Positions 1 through 7,164 of a stretch of DNA of 21,903 nucleotides are shown piece after piece. Position numbers and translations under genes: made by a program. Every line of letters begins with the position of its first letter. The first letter of the stretch is position 1. Source of the DNA: a virus; the UHGV virus genome UHGV-0149790. One strand, 5' to 3'. Under the pieces are notes generated by a model. The model saw only the letters and a program-made list of their open reading frames with translations, was not told the DNA's origin and did no database searches.

Positions 1-272
1 TCGCTAAGGCGAACGCTTTTTTCACCTCTGGAATAAATCACGGTGCCGATGTGGGTTTTACGCCTGCGGCCGGAAACCGTAGGGGCGATAATTTCTCGCT
101 TAATCGGTTTTTGCGGGGTGATGCCTGGTACAGGGGCCGGACGTGGCGCCGCTACGAACACGGAACGGCTACGGGCGCGCGCACCGGCATTCATGCGCCA
201 GAGAATAACGGGGAGCCAGTTGCAGCCATCATCCGGTTTTACTGGTTTTGGGTAATTTAAATTCGTGGTCAT
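1..272 (-). CDS. hypothetical protein, 3'-truncated by the window edge (next gene after the helicase in the early-right operon)
   Basis: ATG at 272-270 on the minus strand directly preceded by the recurring GAGGAAAGACC motif; frame stays open to position 1 (MTTNLNYPKPVKPDDG...). Absent from the supplied track because it has no stop inside the window. Confidence 0.4.
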   Translation of the reverse strand, partial: MTTNLNYPKPVKPDDGCNWLPVILWRMNAGARARSRSVFVAAPRPAPVPGITPQKPIKREIIAPTVSGRRRKTHIGTVIYSRGEKSVRLS

Positions 273-310
273 TGGTCTTTCCTCAGTTAAATCGCGCTGG
301 TCAGGCGCGG

Positions 311-1699
311 TTAAAATGCATCGGTATTGAATTTCTCTGAGTATTTACGGGGTTGTTTCCGGGGTTTCGCGGCCTCCAGTTGGATACGTGTTTTCTCTTT
401 GCCAACATGCTGATCCATTGACAGAAAGTGTCCGTTTTTAAATTCCTGATAAATAATTGCGCCTGCGGCGCTGAAGCGGCTTTTACCCAGGATAATTTCA
501 GCGACGCCAGCCGCCGGGCTTTCCGGGTTGTAAACCTCATCGCGGTACAGAAACATGATGCTGTCGGCGTCCTGCTCAATGGAACCGGAATCGCGCAGGT
601 CTGACATGACCGGGCGGCGCTGGGCCGCCGGGCGGGAATCCACGGCGCGGGAAAGCTGGCTAAGCGCGAACGTCGGCGTATGCAGGCGCATAGCCATAGT
701 TTTTAGGTTTCGGGATATGTGGGCGATCGCGAGGTCGTTACGCTCTGCCTTCGGTTTTTTTATCAGGCCAAGGTAATCGACAACGATCATCGCCAGATGC
801 GGATACCGGCGCTTATGCGTTTCGGCAACGGCGCGGATTTGCTCAATCGTCAGATCGGTAGCATCAACGATCCAGATATCTCGCCCGTTCATGGTCTCCA
901 TGGCCGCGGTAAAGCGCGCCCAGTCCTCGTCCTGCATATCGAGGGGATTACGCAGGCGTGACACTGACATGTTGCCAGAACCCGCCAGAGAGCGTTCTAC
1001 GATTTGCGCAGCGGCCATTTCCATGCTGAATATCAACGCGCCACCGCCAGCAGCGGTAACACCATCGACAATCTTCAGCGCAAATTCTGTTTTTCCCATG
1101 CCCGGACGCCCGGCGACGACAATCAAATCCTGCAGGTTGATTCCGCCGGTCGCATCGTCCAGTTCCTCGATCCCGGTTTTCAGGTTGCGAGTACCCTCTT
1201 CGCCGTCCATGCGCTTCTGCATGGTTTCCATGTACACCGGCAATAATTCGCTCATGTGTACCGGCTGCACGTCGCCAGTGTCGCCGGTCATGTCCAGCAG
1301 CTGCGCCACGGCAGTTTCGACAATCTGATCGCGCTGCTCCTGATTATTCGCCTGGCGGATACCATCAGCACCATGTTGCAGTAATTCAGCCATACGGCGG
1401 CTGCGCCACGCCTTCACCATTTTCCCGGCGTAACCTTTCAGGTTTGGTACCGTTGCGGGCATACGCGAAATCTCTGATAAATCAGCCAGGCTACTCCCTC
1501 CCAGAGCCTCACTGACAAACAGCATATCGATCAGACCGTTCGTCAACGCCTGTTTTTTGATTTCCGAGAAGGCGCGACGATGAAAAACAATGCTGAATGA
1601 TTCTTCAGGCGTCGATGCGATCACGTCGAAAGCGTCCGGACTTGCTCCACCGTTAAGCAGTCCAGCCAGTACACAAGATTCCAGTTCCTGCGGAGTCAT
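311..1699 (-). CDS. DnaB-family replicative DNA helicase (lambda P / P22 gene 12 position)
   Basis: 462-aa ORF with Walker A GRPGMGKT and DnaB-like RecA-fold motifs (FSMEMAAAQIVERSLAG, IVVDYLGLI, SQLSRAVDSR); its start overlaps the stop of the upstream replication gene at 1696-1699. Confidence 0.9.
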   Translation of the reverse strand: MTPQELESCVLAGLLNGGASPDAFDVIASTPEESFSIVFHRRAFSEIKKQALTNGLIDMLFVSEALGGSSLADLSEISRMPATVPNLKGYAGKMVKAWRSRRMAELLQHGADGIRQANNQEQRDQIVETAVAQLLDMTGDTGDVQPVHMSELLPVYMETMQKRMDGEEGTRNLKTGIEELDDATGGINLQDLIVVAGRPGMGKTEFALKIVDGVTAAGGGALIFSMEMAAAQIVERSLAGSGNMSVSRLRNPLDMQDEDWARFTAAMETMNGRDIWIVDATDLTIEQIRAVAETHKRRYPHLAMIVVDYLGLIKKPKAERNDLAIAHISRNLKTMAMRLHTPTFALSQLSRAVDSRPAAQRRPVMSDLRDSGSIEQDADSIMFLYRDEVYNPESPAAGVAEIILGKSRFSAAGAIIYQEFKNGHFLSMDQHVGKEKTRIQLEAAKPRKQPRKYSEKFNTDAF

Positions 1700-2688
1700 A
1701 GCGATCCCTCACGAGTTTTACGCAATGTTTCAGGCTTCATCAGGTAGTCAAAGCTGGCGCGCCATCCGCCATTTTCACCAAAGTAAAAATCGGAGGCGTC
1801 AGCGCGGAATTTTTCGAAATAGCCCAGAAATGCGCCCGTGGTTTTGTTTTTCATATGGGCGGCCAGACGGGTGATCATCCGGCGGCGGTCGGTGTCGAGT
1901 TCAGCAGCAGGCAGAGCGTCAGCAAAAATTTCGTTGTAGCCGTTCATAACGGCTTCGGGGTCAATATCGGCTTCGGTCACCGCCCATGCTTCAGCGTCAG
2001 CGAGATAACCATCAAAGCGGTTTACCCGGCAGATGTTCGCTGGCTTCGGCAGGCTATCGCCACGGCGGCGCCATGTGGCCAGCACCCAGCGGATAACTAA
2101 CTGCAATTCGTCCAGGGTGTAACCTTCCCGGGTGGTGGTCGGCGTCAGCATCATCACAAACGGTTTCAGGTCACGGCAGCGGGTACCGGTTTGCTCGTTG
2201 TAAAATTCCAGCGCTTTTTGTGCATCAGAAAGAATTAACTCAACGCCTTCCCCCTCTAAGGGGTTAGGGGTATATATATTCTCTGTAGTATTCTCTGTAA
2301 GAAAGTTTGCTGGTTTTCCACTTACTTGTTTGCTGGTTTTCCGCATTCCAGTATGTGGTTTTTCCGCATTCTTGTTTGCGGCTACAAGTGATTGAAATAA
2401 AACATCATTATCAATCTTGTAGAAAAGACGAGCAGGTACACCTTTCTTTTTTTCCAGCAGTACACCAATTGAGCGAAGTTTCTTACGCGCCCCCTCCTGT
2501 TCGTAACGGGAAAGGCCTGTTTCTTCCTCCCATTCTTCCTGGGTTTTATATACCCATCCATCATCGTCGGATCGGTTAGTCCAGTAAGTCATTTGAGACA
2601 GGAACAGTGCAGCCGTCACACCGATATTCAGGCGAATGAAACTACGCTGGAAGGCGATCGGCCTGTCGAGTAATGGCAAAATATTCAT
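1696..2688 (-). CDS. phage replication initiation protein (O-like replisome organiser) with origin iterons inside the coding sequence
   Basis: 330-aa ORF; two-domain layout with a Lys/Thr/Asn-rich linker coinciding with a direct-repeat array at 2305-2383; sits immediately upstream of, and coupled to, the helicase gene. Confidence 0.75.
   Translation of the reverse strand: MNILPLLDRPIAFQRSFIRLNIGVTAALFLSQMTYWTNRSDDDGWVYKTQEEWEEETGLSRYEQEGARKKLRSIGVLLEKKKGVPARLFYKIDNDVLFQSLVAANKNAEKPHTGMRKTSKQVSGKPANFLTENTTENIYTPNPLEGEGVELILSDAQKALEFYNEQTGTRCRDLKPFVMMLTPTTTREGYTLDELQLVIRWVLATWRRRGDSLPKPANICRVNRFDGYLADAEAWAVTEADIDPEAVMNGYNEIFADALPAAELDTDRRRMITRLAAHMKNKTTGAFLGYFEKFRADASDFYFGENGGWRASFDYLMKPETLRKTREGSL
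2266..2430. repeat. ori-like element: four iterons at 23-bp spacing flanked by AT-rich DNA
   Basis: GTTTGCTGGTTTTCC-like repeats starting at 2305, 2328, 2351 and 2374; CTCTGTA x2 at 2281-2299; AT-rich stretch 2391-2430; all inside the O-like gene, as with lambda ori. Confidence 0.55.
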
Positions 2689-2690
2689 AC

Positions 2691-2912
2691 TCAGATCCCC
2701 AGCGAGTCAGCCAGCTGGCGGCAGGCGATTTCATATTCTTTCTGGGTGAGTCCCGCTTCCTGCAGGTCTGCTTTGCGCAGCTCGTAGCGTTCCCAGATTG
2801 TCAGCGCAGCAGCGCGACGTTCCTCGAAAATCAATTCGATATCTTCTATCGGGACTTGTACCCCGTTCCGGCGAAACCCGTTCCGCCAGGTGATGCGGTC
2901 TTGTGTTCTCAT
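2691..2912 (-). CDS. small hypothetical protein (73 aa) between the CII-like gene and the replication initiator
   Basis: ATG at 2912-2910 preceded by an exact GAGGAAAGACCA motif; stop overlaps the RBS of the O-like gene. The 162-aa track ORF 2691..3179 is an upstream extension that clashes with the CII-like gene. Confidence 0.5.
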   Translation of the reverse strand: MRTQDRITWRNGFRRNGVQVPIEDIELIFEERRAAALTIWERYELRKADLQEAGLTQKEYEIACRQLADSLGI

Positions 2913-2932
2913 TGGTCTTTCCTCGGTACAGG

Positions 2933-3379
2933 TTAAACGCTGGTCAGGCGCTGTGTTTCTCGCATAGCTTGCAATGCTCTGGCGACTTGCTGCGGCCCGT
3001 CTCTGGCGTCGAGTAACAACGCGATAATCGCCGCGGCAAACTCGCGAATGGCCACACAAATTAAATACTGAGTGGACATACCCAAGCGCGCGTAACGTTC
3101 TGCCGGCAGCGCCGCTTCCATCGCTTTGACCAGCGCCAGAGTTTTGGCTCTCGCGGCTTTGGTCTCGCCTCGCAACCAACGAAAAATTTGTTGGCGGTTG
3201 TTGTTGATTGCCCGCCAGTCGGCGTTTCCATCTGCATCTTCGATCTGGTGCAGCTTCAGCGAACCGGTATTACCACCAAGACGAAACCACATGCGGCTTA
3301 TCTCGATAGCAACCAGCTCCTGCCCGCTTTCCGCTGCCCAGTTAAAGATCTCTCGTTTAAGTTCTTCGAGGTATTCCAC
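2933..3379 (-). CDS. CII-position regulatory protein, possibly YdaT-family
   Basis: 148-aa helical ORF directly downstream of the Cro-like gene; GTG start at 3379 with AGGAGA 9 nt upstream. Family assignment is from recalled similarity only. Confidence 0.5.
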   Translation of the reverse strand: MEYLEELKREIFNWAAESGQELVAIEISRMWFRLGGNTGSLKLHQIEDADGNADWRAINNNRQQIFRWLRGETKAARAKTLALVKAMEAALPAERYARLGMSTQYLICVAIREFAAAIIALLLDARDGPQQVARALQAMRETQRLTSV

Positions 3380-3441
3380 TTCGAGCGTCTCCTGTCGCTG
3401 AAAATTGATTAAGCGTAATCAGATTTCGATGCCGCTAATTG

Positions 3442-3636
3442 TTAAGCTGATTTGGCTGGCAGTTGGTAAGCCTTTGGGTCATAAACAAGTTCGCCATCAG
3501 TCATCAGAGACAAACGAGCCGCTTTACCTTCAGGAACCAAACGCCCCCACGCATAGACAGTAGGAGCCTTAACGCCAGCGGCCTCAGCCAGTTTTCTCTT
3601 ACTACCAAAATATTTGATCGCATCAGTTGTTAACAT
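3442..3636 (-). CDS. Cro-like HTH regulator (DicC/YdaS type)
   Basis: 64-aa ORF (YFGSKRKLAEAAGV...LVPEGKAARL...GELVYDPKAY) divergent from the repressor gene; AGGAGG RBS; promoter and operators immediately upstream. Confidence 0.75.
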   Translation of the reverse strand: MLTTDAIKYFGSKRKLAEAAGVKAPTVYAWGRLVPEGKAARLSLMTDGELVYDPKAYQLPAKSA

Positions 3637-3650
3637 GAAACACCCTCCTG

Positions 3651-3714
3651 TTAGATTTTTCTAACAAATTAGGTGTTCGAGATAACGAAGTCAAGGAAAT
3701 TTAGAATTATCTAA
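3651..3714. promoter_or_regulatory. OR-like region: two 14-bp palindromic operators and a pR-like promoter for the Cro-like gene
   Basis: TTAGATTTTTCTAA (3651-3664) and TTAGAATTATCTAA (3701-3714). Minus-strand promoter: -35 TTGACT (3694-3689), 17-bp spacer, -10 TAATTT (3671-3666). The first operator overlaps the -10/start site; the second abuts the repressor start codon. Confidence 0.6.
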
Positions 3715-3716
3715 CT

Positions 3717-4103
3717 ATGACAATGCCAGGTGAGCGCATCAGAGCGCGTAGAAAAGATCTCAAACTTACTCAGCGCGCTTTAGCGAAGCTGGTTAACGTC
3801 GCGCACGTCACTATCTCCCAGTGGGAGACCGGTGATAGTGAGCCTGGCGGAAAAAACCTTTTCGCTTTAAGTAACGCACTTCAATGCAGCCCTACCTGGA
3901 TACTTTACGGCGATGAAGCCGCCACTCCGGGAACCCCGGTAGACACCCCGCCGCCATTAGATGAACGAGAAACAGAGCTTTTAAAACTCTTTTCGTCACT
4001 CCCAGAATCTGAAAAAGAGCGGCATTTAACGGAACTTCGCGAAAAAGTAGACGGTTTCAATCGTTTATTTGAGGAGTTACTGCAAGCCCGCAAACAAAAA
4101 TAA
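3717..4103 (+). CDS. short HTH-XRE prophage repressor (DicA-like; no peptidase S24 domain)
   Basis: 128 aa; N-terminal HTH (GERIRARRKDLKLTQRALAKL...ISQWETGDSEPGGKNLFALSNALQCSPTWILYGDE) closely resembles recalled DicA; no Ala-Gly/Ser-Lys autocleavage module; divergent from the Cro-like gene. Confidence 0.85.
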   Translation: MTMPGERIRARRKDLKLTQRALAKLVNVAHVTISQWETGDSEPGGKNLFALSNALQCSPTWILYGDEAATPGTPVDTPPPLDERETELLKLFSSLPESEKERHLTELREKVDGFNRLFEELLQARKQK

Positions 4104-4168
4104 TCCCTTTCTAATCAGTTAGATGCATTTTTTTACGCCCATTGTGTTCGTTTTCTCTAATTTAATCA

Positions 4169-4197
4169 TTGACCAAATTGTTAGATTTATCTAAATT
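4169..4197 (+). promoter_or_regulatory. pL-like promoter with an embedded operator
   Basis: -35 TTGACC (4169-4174), 17-bp spacer, -10 TAAATT (4192-4197); third operator copy TTAGATTTATCTAA at 4181-4194 lies in the spacer/-10. Confidence 0.5.
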
Positions 4198-4348
4198 ACA
4201 TCACATCAACGACGCACTAACCACGCGGCAGTTGTTCAGAAACAGTTCTGACAGTCCGGAAAGACGGGCGCGAATTCTTCGGGTCGCCGACAGTACGATG
4301 ACATGCGGGAAAGACCGCAACGAATGCGAATTGCTGTGTGTAGTCTTG

Positions 4349-4373
4349 GCCCGGGCGCCCCGGGCATTTTTTT
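4349..4373 (+). terminator. intrinsic terminator about 150 nt downstream of the pL-like promoter
   Basis: Perfect 7-bp GC stem GCCCGGG-cgc-CCCGGGC (4349-4365) followed by a run of seven T (4367-4373). Confidence 0.7.
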
Positions 4374-4454
4374 AAAGCATTCACGCAGTAACGAGGAAAG
4401 ACCAATGGGGCTGACCACCCTGACAGCCGGGAAAGACCGGCAACCTTCAGGCGT

Positions 4455-4476
4455 AAAAAAGCCCACCGAAGTGGGC
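4455..4476 (-). terminator. intrinsic terminator on the minus strand, convergent with the plus-strand terminator
   Basis: GCCCAC-cgaa-GTGGGC hairpin (4461-4476) flanked by AAAAAA at 4455-4460, i.e. a T-run after the stem when read on the minus strand. Confidence 0.5.
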
Positions 4477-4597
4477 TAATTTACCCGGGACAGTGACCAA
4501 ACCGCCCAGAATGCTACAGGGGACCAACCCTGTAGCGAGGAAAGACCAACGACAGAGCCGCTGATCGGCTCTGAGTATATATCATCAAGGAGTCGCT

Positions 4598-4921
4598 ATG
4601 GAAGCGCTTACCATCCCCGTAACTATTTACGTTATGGCCACAACCAACCCATATCTACCAACGTCTTATCACTCATTCACCTGTGACATGTCACAGCAAT
4701 ACCCTGATCTGTATGTCCTCGTTACTACCAAAACGGTAGAGGTTGCCATTCCAGCTTTAGAGCCAATCGACATTATTGGTATGCAGGTTAATGCCCTTCG
4801 TGCGAAGAAAGAGAAAATCTCTGCCGAAGCAAAGAAGGAGCTGGGTGTTATTGAAGACCAGATTCAGCAGCTGCTGTGCATCGATCACTCTCCAATTGAA
4901 GAAAGCGACGTACCGTTTTAA
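4598..4921 (+). CDS. hypothetical protein, first gene of the left operon
   Basis: 107-aa ORF with AAGGAG RBS 6 nt upstream; acidic and not arginine-rich, so not N-like. Confidence 0.6.
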   Translation: MEALTIPVTIYVMATTNPYLPTSYHSFTCDMSQQYPDLYVLVTTKTVEVAIPALEPIDIIGMQVNALRAKKEKISAEAKKELGVIEDQIQQLLCIDHSPIEESDVPF

Positions 4922-4965
4922 TTAACCGGCGCGTGACCTGCGCCAGTAACCAAGAGGAAAGACCA

Positions 4966-7164
4966 ATGACCATCTACAACGGCTCATTTGAGCCAAAGAA
5001 ATCGGCGATTAAAGACTGCGGCGCCGTGCAGCTGGCGATCGCCATCGATGCGCCAAACAAAAAAGTGGCCGAAAGCATTATGACCGGCAAACTCTGGGAA
5101 TCATACCCGGCCAATGGTGACAACTATTTCAAACCGAAACTGTGGGAACACGTTGAAGGCCAGCCGCTGCCGACCGTTGGCCAGTTCGATGAGTCATTCG
5201 CCCAGCAGCATACTTTTGACGGTGAAAAATGGGTTTCTACTGCGCAGGATAGCGCTTCCGGAAGTGGTGCAGGTTTACCTGCCGACGATGAAGTGATCGA
5301 CCTGATGACCGTTTCCCCTGATGAACGCTTTGCTGCCGTCCTGCTTTTTAGTACCGCGGCGATTGATGGCCATCTTTATTCTCAGGTTGTGGATTATCTG
5401 GATAATCTGAAAAACCACGATGGGGAATTTGAAGAGGAAGATCGCTTTAACTTTAATGTTCTGTGTGCCCTGCAAAATAACTTCCCGGTTCAAAGCATGC
5501 ATGTGGAAGGTCTGAACAATCTTATTCAGGGTATTTTCTCCCACTTTGAAAACCAGACGCCGGGCAAAGCGGCTATCTCTCAGTTCGTTAAACGCTGGCT
5601 TGAGAATCCGGGCAAGCGCGACGAACTGGCCCCCGGCGTATATAAAAATACCGCTCTCAGCACCAGCACCAGCACCAGCACCAGCACCAGCACCAGCACC
5701 AGCACCAGCACCAGCACCGATGATAAAACACCCGTGGTAATTTCTAAGCGCGGATATAAACACACTTATGCAACGCTGGATCAGGAGATCGCTACCGCCC
5801 TTCTCCCGCTGGCGCCTGATGCGCCGGTACTATCCGGAAACCTTCTGGACGCTAAGAAGATGATTTCCGATGACCGGGAAGATTTTAAACGCTGGTCAGC
5901 ATCGCTGCACACCACGCCGCAGATACTCAAATACGACCGCGCCAGCATCTTCGGCGTGGTACAAAACGTACCGGCGAAAGATACCTACCATTTCCCTGAC
6001 AGCCTGCGCCGCCATATCGATTCATGGCTGGCGGCCAACGGCCGCTTTGAGGAAACCGAGACAGGATCCGTTAAACAACCAGAGGCGACGCAAAATACCG
6101 CCTCAAACGTGGGCGAAAAAGTGGAAGCGCAGCAGCCGGTTGTAACCGACACCCAGGCCAAACAGGCGCGTGAGACGCTCAATGATATGGGTTATGGCGT
6201 ATATGCCTCTGGTGAAGGTGCAGAGCCGGAAGAGAAGTTAAGCGTTAAGGCTGAAAAACTGGCTGATGATTCCGAGCGTTTAGCAAAACAAATCGCTCAC
6301 GCTGAAAGCCTGCCTAACGCTGAGGATGTTGTGCAGGCTGTCGGAAAACCAATCATCGGGGAAGACAATTTAGACCTCTGGAAACGCGTATTTAAAACCG
6401 ACGAAAGGTTTACTAAGGCTTTCACACAGAACGGCGGTGGCACCTCGATCAACGGTACCTACATGACCATGCTTGCCACACGTGAGTTTGGCCCTAAGGG
6501 CATCGGCTGGGGCGTGGATATTGTTGAAGAGCGTTTCGATATTGGCGCGCCGATCACTCGGCAAGTAAAAGGCAAAGACAACAACGCATCGTGGGAGCTG
6601 GTTCTTGATGGGAATGGTAATACCGTCAACGAACAGCACCATGTTGTGACTGTCCGGCTCTGGTACATCCTGAACGGAGTACGAGGTGAGGAAACAGCAT
6701 ACGGCTGTACACCCTACATTTACGGTAGTAAATACGGGATCACCTGCGACGGCGAAGCAGCCAAAAAATCACTGACAGATGCGACCAAAAAAGCGTTATC
6801 CGGCCTCGGATTCAGTGGCGATATCTTTATGGGGCTTTACGACAATCTGGAGTACCGCCAGAAGAACAAGGCCGAGTTTGACCTGAAGAACGCCAGCGAA
6901 TCAGCCGAAGATGCAGCACGGCTCCGCCAGGAGTTTGACGATAAATTAAGCCGCGTTGCTAATACCCTGGCGCATGGCGTGACGGTGAACGAAATCAACG
7001 GTGTGTTTTCCCCTATCGCACGTGAGATCGATGTTCACATTAAAGCCGCCCAGGCCAACGGCGACACGCAGCATGAACGTTATCTGTCTGGCCGGCTCCG
7101 CCGACTCATCTCCATCAAAGATGGGCGCATTAAAGAACTGAATAAAGCCGAGGAGAAAGCATAA
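4966..7164 (+). CDS. large recombination protein: N-terminal region of unknown function, (Ser-Thr)10 linker, C-terminal Rad52-like single-strand annealing domain
   Basis: ATG at 4966 preceded by GAGGAAAGACCA; C-terminal motif GCTPYIYGSKYGITCDGEAAKKSLTDATKKALSGLGFSGDIFMGLYD matches the Rad52/Sak signature (K-x-A-V-T-D-x-x-K-R-A-L-x-x-F-G); 733 aa from this start. Confidence 0.7.
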   Translation: MTIYNGSFEPKKSAIKDCGAVQLAIAIDAPNKKVAESIMTGKLWESYPANGDNYFKPKLWEHVEGQPLPTVGQFDESFAQQHTFDGEKWVSTAQDSASGSGAGLPADDEVIDLMTVSPDERFAAVLLFSTAAIDGHLYSQVVDYLDNLKNHDGEFEEEDRFNFNVLCALQNNFPVQSMHVEGLNNLIQGIFSHFENQTPGKAAISQFVKRWLENPGKRDELAPGVYKNTALSTSTSTSTSTSTSTSTSTSTDDKTPVVISKRGYKHTYATLDQEIATALLPLAPDAPVLSGNLLDAKKMISDDREDFKRWSASLHTTPQILKYDRASIFGVVQNVPAKDTYHFPDSLRRHIDSWLAANGRFEETETGSVKQPEATQNTASNVGEKVEAQQPVVTDTQAKQARETLNDMGYGVYASGEGAEPEEKLSVKAEKLADDSERLAKQIAHAESLPNAEDVVQAVGKPIIGEDNLDLWKRVFKTDERFTKAFTQNGGGTSINGTYMTMLATREFGPKGIGWGVDIVEERFDIGAPITRQVKGKDNNASWELVLDGNGNTVNEQHHVVTVRLWYILNGVRGEETAYGCTPYIYGSKYGITCDGEAAKKSLTDATKKALSGLGFSGDIFMGLYDNLEYRQKNKAEFDLKNASESAEDAARLRQEFDDKLSRVANTLAHGVTVNEINGVFSPIAREIDVHIKAAQANGDTQHERYLSGRLRRLISIKDGRIKELNKAEEKA
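5659..5718. repeat. perfect hexanucleotide tandem repeat (AGCACC)x10 encoding (Ser-Thr)10
   Basis: Ten uninterrupted AGCACC units read directly in the sequence, in frame within the 4966..7164 CDS. Confidence 0.95.

Noticed and set aside
2691-3179. 162-aa track ORF as a single gene
   Set aside because: Its 5' two thirds overlap the CII-like ORF (2933..3379) in another frame. The conserved RBS motif and ATG at 2912 indicate the real gene is the 73-aa 3' portion (2691..2912).
4169-4375. 68-aa ORF with a TTG start
   Set aside because: It begins inside the pL-like -35, runs through the operator and ends inside the terminator stem/T-run, with no RBS; more likely non-coding leader.
4405-4479. 24-codon ORF as a protein-coding gene
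   Set aside because: Perfect RBS motif but very short and ending in a hairpin; kept as part of the non-coding-region finding (possible leader peptide) rather than called as a CDS.
3637-4600. LexA (SOS) box controlling the immunity region
   Set aside because: No CTGT-N8-ACAG match was found by eye; not an exhaustive search.
5659-5718. CRISPR array
   Set aside because: The only tandem repeat is a 6-bp microsatellite within a gene; there are no 25-40-bp repeats with unique spacers anywhere in the window.
5275-5763. Minus-strand ORFs encoding poly-Gly-Ala or poly-Leu-Val repeats (5275..5763, 5580..5765)
   Set aside because: Antisense reading of the (AGCACC)n repeat inside a well-supported plus-strand gene. 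Other antisense or alternate-frame track ORFs inside the large genes (e.g. 891..1328, 16962..17516, 19658..20065) were discounted on the same grounds.
4933-7164. Track start codon at 4933 for the large annealing protein
   Set aside because: The ATG at 4966 carries the recurrent GAGGAAAGACCA initiation motif; 4933 has no RBS.
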